In this document: in pieces, positions 19,501-27,111 of the stretch
Layout of the letters: every line of letters begins with the position of its first letter
Numbering within the stretch: the stretch's first letter is position 1
From: Paramicrosporidium saccamoebae KSL3
Lineage: Eukaryota > Fungi > Cryptomycota
Length of the DNA stretch: 28,817 bases
Direction of reading: 5' to 3'
Assembly (NCBI GenBank): GCA_002794465.1
Contig: MTSL01000201.1
Location: 16,805 to 45,621 of the forward strand
The notes under the pieces: generated by a model
Database searches by the model: none
Seen by the model: only the letters and a program-made list of their open reading frames with translations
Told to the model about the DNA's origin: nothing
Translations under genes and position numbers: made by a program

Positions 19501-20828
19501 ATGTCCGAGGAGAGCGCCCAAGAGTGGGCTGCGAGGCTACCTACTCAGTCTCGTCGCAGTACCCGTAATGCTGCACGACAAGAACACTCTTCTGAAGACT
19601 TGTCCCATGTGCGAGTTGCACACAGGAGCCTTGCTGAAATGGAGGCTGGACATTCAGAGGTGCTGGTGCTGGATGACCAGCTGGTTGAGGAGGGAGAGGA
19701 TGCACTGGTCTCCCTGGAGAGGAGAGACATGGAGGCTGCGGAAAAGAGAATCGCCGCCAAAAGGAAAATGCGACAGTCTAATCCTTACGATGACGAGATT
19801 GACCAGCCCGTAAGGATGGGCCAGGCCAGGTCTCTACTGCGTAAATACGACGAAGAAGATGACGAAAGTGAAAAGGTATGTGCTAGATTCAGGACAGCTA
19901 ATGATTTTAGGGCCTCACCATAGCAGAATTGACGATCGGGTCAAAGCGACAAGCCGCAATCGACAATCCAATCGACGAGTCCATGCCAGTGGAGCTCAAA
20001 AAGAGAAACGTCAGGAGAAAAGTCATTTCCTTCACCGATGAGCCCATTCCCTCATCGTTTTCAGCAAATCCCTTGGCTTTGATGGATAACAAGCCACTCG
20101 CTCTGGATGACGATGACTTGCAGCAATCATTGGCCAAAACTCGACGTTACAATATTAAAGAATTTATTCAACAGGAAGATTTGGCGACTGAGAAGGATCC
20201 TGTAACCATCGAGGGAGTCATCTTTAGTGAATCTACAGATTTCATCAACTCGGTCAAAGTGCAAAATTTGGTTCATTTCGAGCAAGACATGCACGTCGAG
20301 TCACCGCCAGAAATACTGGCTGTCCCAGATAAGCCAATAGATGCTCCCTTTGAGCAGGAGCCATTAGTCAGACGAGGCGTCTGTGCTGCTCTTCAATATC
20401 TTGCCAAGTTAGGGATCCGTCCGCAACTGAGCAATGAAGCAATTGCTCCTCAGCAACGCTCCCGTCTTGCCCGCTTTGCGGATATAAAGATTGAGCACCA
20501 CGACGAGGACGGAAACTTGCTAACTCCCAAAGAAGCCTATAAATTACTCTCGCACAAGTTTCACGGAAAGACACCCGGAAAGGGCAAGTTGGAGAAGATT
20601 CGACGCAAAAAGGAGCAATCAAAAACCATACAGTCCTTCAGCCTTGACGATACGCCACTGAGAACGGCGTCTGCATTGCGAGAGAGGCAGAGGACAACGG
20701 GCAGCACCCACATTGTTCTTTCCAAGGGCAGCCACGCTGTTCCGTCCGAGGAAGCGCCGGCAAAGCCAAAGGCCAAAGTGCCGGCCAAAACTGTAGAAAG
20801 AAAGCCACGTATTTTTGGAATGAAATAG
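19501..20828 (+). CDS. SNU66: U4/U6.U5 tri-snRNP protein Snu66/SART1, shortened, 2 exons, ~430 aa
   Basis: EDLSHVRVAH...VLVLDD, LLRKYDEE, intron 19876-19910, RGVCAALQYL, DIKIEHHDEDGNLLTPKEAYKLLSHKFHGKTPGKGK (SART1 C-terminal signature). The start codon is uncertain. Confidence 0.88.
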
Positions 20829-21283
20829 AGACTTTTTCATGTCATGTATAAAGCTTACATTACGTTGTTGCTAATAGCCCTAAATGACGAGAACAAGTCC
20901 GTCGCTATGAGCTAAGCGGACGCAAAAAGGTAAAGATTAGGATGATCGGCCACCCAGCTTACAATGCATGGCATTGTGAGATGGTAGATCTATGAATTTT
21001 AGCCAATAAATCTGTTAGACAGTAGCCAGTAGCCAGTTATGACTGCTAATATTAATAGCTATCCCACAATCCGTGAGGGCGTGGGTCTATAAAGACGCCT
21101 TTAATAAGTATGCACTCTCGCTCACCAACAGGGTCTCTATTGGCAATGCTGCATAGGCTAAATTGTTTATTCGGTTGTTAGGGGAATCAAAGTGTCCAAG
21201 CAGGCCAAAACTCCCTTATGGGCTTTGGAAATAGCGCTACAGTACAGGTGCAGACAGCTGGCGCCCCAAGCTCTACAGACTGG

Positions 21284-21354
21284 CCAATTATATCGATTTG
21301 CGCCATTGGTCTAATTCCTGACCAATGAAAGCCTCTAGTCCCCCCTCAGCCAAT
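21284..21354. promoter_or_regulatory. Cluster of CCAAT boxes upstream of the secreted-protein gene
   Basis: CCAAT at 21284, 21322 and 21350 (AGCCAATCG), ATTGG at 21305; further copies at 21003 and 21139. Confidence 0.5.
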
Positions 21355-21416
21355 CGCATTGCTGAAATTCGAATTTTTCTTGACAAGCCACCCTATACCG
21401 CCCCGGTTCGTTTTCT

Positions 21417-22076
21417 ATGCAGCTCACTCTGCCTGCCGTCGCCCTTTTTGTCGCCACCGTCGCCGCCTCCAGCTCCAAGTTCGTACCGGTCGACGCCAAC
21501 GAATTTGAGATACTCGCAGCGAGCTTAAATCAAGACCATGGTCATTCCGTGTTCCCCACGCTGGACCGAAAGGACTTTGACTTGCACCCTGACTATGACC
21601 TCTTCCTAGACGTCCAGAAGCGCTTCCCCGACTCGAACCTTCTCCACTTTGGTAACCCTAACGAGACTCTCCGTGACACGCTCCTTAAGGGTGCCTCCAT
21701 GGAGGTGGCCAAGTCCATTGAGCAGAGATATAAAGCTGACCCGGCTTTCATTGCAAAGGAAATGCTAAATTTTCCCAGTGGAACTACAAATGTGATTCCA
21801 AAGATCCGTAATAATGTCAGAAAGGCTGTTTCTGCTGATTTCCTCGGACGTCTTGGACGTCGGTTCCCCCATCTCGCTCGCTACACGCATAAACAGCTTC
21901 AAGTGGAGTTGTTGAAGGGTATTAAAAATCAAAAAGTCATCGACTACATCAACGGCATGTCTAACAACGACGATACTTGGATTGCAAACACGCTGCTATC
22001 ATCTCCAACCACTCATCCAAGACCCATAGAGAATCTTCGCAGGGTTGTTGTGGCTGAAGTTGCTAAAAGTCCGTAG
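21417..22076 (+). CDS. Orphan secreted protein with two ~77-aa internal repeats, 219 aa
   Basis: Signal peptide MQLTLPAVALFVATVAAS; intronless; strong C-ending codon bias in the first half; no family recognised. Confidence 0.8.
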   Translation: MQLTLPAVALFVATVAASSSKFVPVDANEFEILAASLNQDHGHSVFPTLDRKDFDLHPDYDLFLDVQKRFPDSNLLHFGNPNETLRDTLLKGASMEVAKSIEQRYKADPAFIAKEMLNFPSGTTNVIPKIRNNVRKAVSADFLGRLGRRFPHLARYTHKQLQVELLKGIKNQKVIDYINGMSNNDDTWIANTLLSSPTTHPRPIENLRRVVVAEVAKSP

Positions 22077-22195
22077 AAGCAGATGCGCTTACTAACTAAA
22101 TAAATACTAGATGATAGGAAGCCATTGATCCGGTTGAATACATTTGTGATTGTTAGAAACAGGCCGCCGGGGCCTACTGTATTTGGATAGACTCA

Positions 22196-23968
22196 ATGAA
22201 GTCAGAGGGGGAAGCAACGACCAGCGTGTCTCATACGAGATGGGAGGGCTCTTTACCTAGTCATGTAGAAAAGTTACAAAACTTGCTGGCCATGTACTTT
22301 CCGCAATTCGGAGAGGTGCAGTATCAACGAATTGAAGTGGAAGGTTCTGGTCATTTTGCGTCCCGAGCCGGAGCCATGTCACTGGTGCAGTATCGGTGCA
22401 GAGCTTTGCTGTTCGGGATGCCGATAGAGACGCGCACTGTGTATGCAGAATGGGATACTGCAAAAGAGGCCGCTGCACAATCGGCGTTTACAATACTCGC
22501 CGAGTTCCTGAGACTGGTGCACGGGAGGACCGATGATCCAATGTTTGGCAAAATGTTTGCTCCGCTGGTAAAGGAGTTAGAAGCTTATCGCCAGCAGCCC
22601 GTCCCTATGCTGTTGGAAGAGCAGGCGGCCATAGATGCGGGACATCAGCCGGTTATTCGACTTACAGACTATGATAAAGGTACAGAGGCGAAGGAAAGGG
22701 TTCTCGGCCCGCTCTTATCAGCTGTGTATGCCAAGGTTACTAATCCAAACGATAAGGATAAGGTACCAGCCTCTCCAGAGGCTGACCAGCCGAAAGCTAC
22801 GACGGCTATGGATGTGGAGCCAGCTTCTGTTAGCCGGCCTCCGGATCAAAACCCCATGTCTGTACTTTACACGCACTGTCAAAAGAGCAATGGAAAACTT
22901 GCAAAGCCCGAATTTACAGATTTTCGAAAAGATGTATATTTTGGCGCTATTGGGACCTATGCGGGCGAGAAAGTTGCTGTGGCAGCCGTGTACAGGAAAA
23001 AACAAGAAGCCTTCCAGGAGGCAGCAAGGCTGCTCTGTGAACGGATCCTTGGAAACGTCATTCAATTTAAACCGATCCCTGCTGATTGCACAGGCCCGAC
23101 CTTGGTGGATGCACAAAACTTTATTGTTGCCAACAGCATTGATGTTGTTACAAACACAATCAAGGTTCAAAGTGCTGCATCGACTAGTGTTAAAGAACTT
23201 GAAGAGTGGCAAAGAGAACTGCCCTCTGGTCCAGCATCTGTAGAGTACCCACCAGGTGGTCAAAAGTTTGTTTCCCTTGTGAATGAATTTTGTCAGATAA
23301 TGGGGATGCCGGGACCGAACTTTACGACTCGGAATGTGAATGCTTCACTCTCACTCTCGTATTGTTGCATTGTTGACAATTTTTACGACAAAAAATACGT
23401 AAGCTATGCATTTCAAAAGAAACAGGAGGCCAAGGAGGACTGTGCTGCTCGCATATTTCAAGATTTAAAGGATCGCGGGCTGGTCAATGAGCGTGGGAAG
23501 GCCATCAAACAACCCAGAAGTGCCACCAGAGCGCCCATTCCGATGCCCTTTCCTCCTCGGCTCCCCTCGCAACGCTCCTCCAGGCCTACAGACTTGCCTT
23601 TCTCAGTCTTTCCGCCGCCTATTCAACCGGGAATGCCCGATCCCATTGCAATGATGCACTATCACCATCACCGTCAAATGATGGCAGCCATGGGAGCGTC
23701 GTTGGACCAGGATGGAGCACGCTCGCCACAAGGAACACCTCCTTGGATGCCTGTAAACCCGATAATGTCAAGATTGCCCCCTATACCTCGTCGAATCGCT
23801 TCGCCGCGGTCTCGCTCCCAAATACCGCCACTCCATACTCTTCACCCTCAATTTGGGAGATCTGATGGGAGGAACACAAGGAAGCGCTCCACCCATGAAC
23901 GGAGCTCACGTAGCCGTTCACGTGATTCTCGAGTGAACCGTAAAGGAAGGGATCGTTCAGATTCGTAG
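22196..23968 (+). CDS. dsRNA-binding-domain protein (3 dsRBD-like units, Pro-rich region, RS-rich tail), 590 aa
   Basis: Units ending TAKEAAAQSAFTIL, YRKKQEAFQEAARLL and FQKKQEAKEDCAARIF. The second and third open with dsRBD-like helix-1 starts NPMSVLYTHCQK and KFVSLVNEFCQ. No RNase III or deaminase domain seen. Confidence 0.78.
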   Translation: MKSEGEATTSVSHTRWEGSLPSHVEKLQNLLAMYFPQFGEVQYQRIEVEGSGHFASRAGAMSLVQYRCRALLFGMPIETRTVYAEWDTAKEAAAQSAFTILAEFLRLVHGRTDDPMFGKMFAPLVKELEAYRQQPVPMLLEEQAAIDAGHQPVIRLTDYDKGTEAKERVLGPLLSAVYAKVTNPNDKDKVPASPEADQPKATTAMDVEPASVSRPPDQNPMSVLYTHCQKSNGKLAKPEFTDFRKDVYFGAIGTYAGEKVAVAAVYRKKQEAFQEAARLLCERILGNVIQFKPIPADCTGPTLVDAQNFIVANSIDVVTNTIKVQSAASTSVKELEEWQRELPSGPASVEYPPGGQKFVSLVNEFCQIMGMPGPNFTTRNVNASLSLSYCCIVDNFYDKKYVSYAFQKKQEAKEDCAARIFQDLKDRGLVNERGKAIKQPRSATRAPIPMPFPPRLPSQRSSRPTDLPFSVFPPPIQPGMPDPIAMMHYHHHRQMMAAMGASLDQDGARSPQGTPPWMPVNPIMSRLPPIPRRIASPRSRSQIPPLHTLHPQFGRSDGRNTRKRSTHERSSRSRSRDSRVNRKGRDRSDS

Positions 23969-24365
23969 AGACTGGCACCGTATACTGTGTGTGTGGTTTA
24001 CAGTAAAGACCCTTTATTGGCCATCTATTGAGATTTATTAGAAGCTACAATCCATATGTGACGTAGAAGACTGATTAGTATGTCTTTTGGAAATAGTTCT
24101 CTAGTTTGGAGAAGGGATAATCAGAACAATCGATGAAGGATGATGAGATCTATATCTTACCATTTGAGGATTATTACTATGCAACTCGGGAGACTATAAA
24201 ATGACTTACGATTTGATAATAAAAGAGTTCCCTTGCCTCCCAAATAAATAGTAGTGACAAAGTCCGTAGTATTATCCTCACTACGCGACACATAGATATA
24301 ATTCATATATAGAATCATAGATAGCATCTCGGCTCCTCGACCACTCTCTTGGAATATACAATGTT

Positions 24366-24821
24366 TTATGCCTCTATCAATTTTATGGCATCACGGCACT
24401 TTCGAATCAACTCGTCAAATTCTTCAGTTTTCCCTTTGTCTCCACTCAATTTGCGTTGCAACCCTTTCAATCTCGTCACTGCTATTTTCATTGCCGCCTT
24501 TTGAGCACCTCTAATAGTGCCTGCCACTCTTACAACCCTCCAAAGCCCCATCAGCGTGACTGCGGCCCAGACCATTGCTACTCCCTCTCTCGCACACCGC
24601 ACCACTGCCATACCTGTTGTTGCATTCACATACTTGACACTTAAGGACTGAGCAGTCATAGCCGAGCCAAAGTGCCCAAAATTAGTGCCCAAACAGGAAC
24701 GCAGCTGGGTAGCAAGGCTGGTGGTGGAAAGAGTGGTGGTAGGTTGGTAATCTACGAGGCCATGCTTGGGGTCCACTGAGAGCCCCTCAATCAGAAGATA
24801 TCTGTTCTTGAAACGAACCAT
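24366..24821 (-). CDS. POP5: RNase P/MRP subunit Pop5, 151 aa
   Basis: Canonical start MVRFKNRYLL, then NFGHFG, VKYVNATTGMAVVRCARE and VRVAGTIRGAQK. Confidence 0.9.
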   Translation of the reverse strand: MVRFKNRYLLIEGLSVDPKHGLVDYQPTTTLSTTSLATQLRSCLGTNFGHFGSAMTAQSLSVKYVNATTGMAVVRCAREGVAMVWAAVTLMGLWRVVRVAGTIRGAQKAAMKIAVTRLKGLQRKLSGDKGKTEEFDELIRKCRDAIKLIEA

Positions 24822-24991
24822 TTGTAAAGTTTGTAGTCTGTGGGTATACTTTCGAGTGCGAGGCTTATAGTCGGTGGCTAGGCGTTTGAGTGCAAAGTTT
24901 GTAGTCCGTAGATGCACGTCTTTGTAATACCAAGACCCTGGGTCGCAGTCTGTAGCAATAATATACTTTACCATAATCGCCGTGGTCCATC

Positions 24992-25091
24992 ATTCCTGTT
25001 CAATAATAGGTACGCTTTGCCATAAACACCGCGTCCTATTATTCCTGCTCAATCTCCAACTGATCACCTCGTACTTTTATTCCTGCTCAAT
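24992..25091. repeat. Three spaced copies of ATTCCTGYTCAAT
   Basis: Copies at 24992, 25041 and 25079; the last two share 15 bp (TTATTCCTGCTCAAT). Confidence 0.7.
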
Positions 25092-25116
25092 TAATTCCCA
25101 ATAAACAGGAGTTAGT

Positions 25117-26970
25117 CTAGTTTAAGGCCTGTTGAACAAAGAGACCGTGTTTTTCAACAATATTGGTCCATTCACGTTCTCCACGTACTATGGATGCAAT
25201 AGTCGTTGCAACGTCGTCCAACGACAAACGCACCTGTGCTGTTGAATCACGTTCACGCAGCGTGACAGTCCGGTCTTTCACAGTTTGGAAGTCGACAGTG
25301 ACGGCAAATGGAACACCCACTTCATCGCTACGGGCGTAACGTCTTCCAATGGTGGCAGATGAGTCATCCACCTGACAGTTCAGATCCAATTTGCGGAACA
25401 ATGTAACCAGTTCCCGACAGAATGGTGTAAAGTCGTCGTGGTTGCTGAGAGGCGCAACCAAGACCTTTAGAGGTGCAATAGCGGCGGGGAGGGAGAGGAC
25501 GCAACGTTGCTCATCGCCCTCGCGAGTCCAGAACACGTGTTCCAGAAGAGAGTACATAATCCTGCCAATTCCAAACGACGGCTCAATGACATTGGGCGTA
25601 TATTCGTTCACATGGACAGTCTCCACGCTCTCTACAATCTTGGCCATGGCTGGCGTCAATTTTACTAAAGATTCGATTCCATCAACGCTCACCGCAGTAT
25701 TTCCCTCCGAGTCAGTCTTGGCCATCAAGTCTTCGGCTTCGCAGAGAGTAAGACGCTCCAACATGTCAACAATCGCTTTGGCATCCTTTTTGTATGCCAT
25801 TCCAATGTCCTTTTTGCTCACTTCAAGGCGCTTCACCTGCATTATCTTTGGCTCGGGAAGACGTTCACGGACGACCAGCTTTTCCTTTGTCCACTGAGTG
25901 TGCATGGTCAGATCATAGGCAGAACGATCGGCACATCCTACACACTCGACCCAACCGTATGAGGACTGAATCTCGGCATCCCAGCAATCAGAGGCATAAT
26001 GGGACATTTCGTTGGGAAGATGTTGGCGGAAGCGGAGTCGGTCACCATTGACACCAATTTTCCACAGATACATGGCTGTTCGGCCTAAAAAGTAGCCCAG
26101 TGTCTCGTTATCGACAACCTTCTTCTCCACCGCCTCTCCAATAGTCATTTCCAAAGTCTTGCTGATTCCCTCCATCTGTAGGCTTGAAGGCAAGAAGGGG
26201 AGAACAAGATGGGCGACTTCAGAGAAGCGAGGGTGATTCTTCTTTTCCGGATGAACATAATGCTCAATTTCGGCCATGGTAAACTCGCGGACTCTCAGCA
26301 ATCCGGCACGGGGAGAAATTTCATTGCGAAACGATTTTCCAATCTGCGCAGATGCGAATGGCATACGCTCGTAATTGCACTCCAGGAGGCGCTTAAAGTT
26401 GGTAAACTGTCCCTGCGCCGTCTCGGGGCGAAGATAGCCGCGGATTTGTCCCTTGGGACCGATACTGGCACCAAACATCAGATTGAACGGAATCACGGGT
26501 GTCAGTTCATTTCCAAGGTCGGAGCGAACCTGGAAGCGCTCCATAAGGGCCTGAAGCTGCACTTCCTTGTAATCATCAAGTTGAGAAAGGATGCGCTCAA
26601 TTTCCTTCTTTTCCGCCTCAGGAGCCTCCTTCAGGCGCTTCTCAAGACGGTCCTCTAGGATGTGGTCAGCGCGATAAAAGTCGCCCGTCTTGGAGTCGTT
26701 CACCATAAAGTCAGTAAAGCGGTCCACATGTCCAGACGCCTTTAATACATCATGGGGTGTAAGAATGGTAGTGTCCAGTTCTAACATATTCTCCTCCAAC
26801 ACGAAATGGCTTCTCCATAACGCTAGCATGTTGGCCTGCAGAGCACAGCCCGGAGGTCCATAGTCATAAAGTCCTGCAACACCACCGTATATGCTAAAGG
26901 CGGGTGCGTAAAAAAAGCGCTTCTTTAGCAACTCTTCCAGACGGGCACGTGAAAATGGAGCACTACTCAT
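25117..26970 (-). CDS. GRS1: Glycyl-tRNA synthetase (eukaryotic alpha2 type), cytosolic form 617 aa; frame stays open ~90 codons further upstream
   Basis: RFFYAPAFSIYGGVAGLYDYGPPG, LRPETAQG, FRNEISPRAGLLRVREF, EPSFGIGRI, IGRRYARSDEVG. Confidence 0.97.
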   Translation of the reverse strand: MSSAPFSRARLEELLKKRFFYAPAFSIYGGVAGLYDYGPPGCALQANMLALWRSHFVLEENMLELDTTILTPHDVLKASGHVDRFTDFMVNDSKTGDFYRADHILEDRLEKRLKEAPEAEKKEIERILSQLDDYKEVQLQALMERFQVRSDLGNELTPVIPFNLMFGASIGPKGQIRGYLRPETAQGQFTNFKRLLECNYERMPFASAQIGKSFRNEISPRAGLLRVREFTMAEIEHYVHPEKKNHPRFSEVAHLVLPFLPSSLQMEGISKTLEMTIGEAVEKKVVDNETLGYFLGRTAMYLWKIGVNGDRLRFRQHLPNEMSHYASDCWDAEIQSSYGWVECVGCADRSAYDLTMHTQWTKEKLVVRERLPEPKIMQVKRLEVSKKDIGMAYKKDAKAIVDMLERLTLCEAEDLMAKTDSEGNTAVSVDGIESLVKLTPAMAKIVESVETVHVNEYTPNVIEPSFGIGRIMYSLLEHVFWTREGDEQRCVLSLPAAIAPLKVLVAPLSNHDDFTPFCRELVTLFRKLDLNCQVDDSSATIGRRYARSDEVGVPFAVTVDFQTVKDRTVTLRERDSTAQVRLSLDDVATTIASIVRGEREWTNIVEKHGLFVQQALN

Positions 26971-27111
26971 CCTTCCCAACGATAAACGACATCCCCGGCT
27001 TTGCTCTTTAGTATACTCTCCTCTCAGGTCTTGGGCATTTGTTGTGCTAAATAGAGTTCTTCCCAATGTATTAAATGAACTGAGTGAACCATTATGGGCC
27101 CTTGTAGAAAA

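Noticed and set aside
24078-24104. Intron-like 27-mer GTATGT...TCTAG in the dsRBD/POP5 spacer, suggesting a hidden gene
   Set aside because: All three frames after the acceptor stop within ~13 codons and there is no usable upstream exon. It could only be a UTR or non-coding intron.
24822-24974. 51-codon N-terminal extension of POP5 in the ORF track
   Set aside because: Pop5 orthologs start at MVRFKNRY, and the extension shows no recognisable features. Treated as chance open frame in the promoter.
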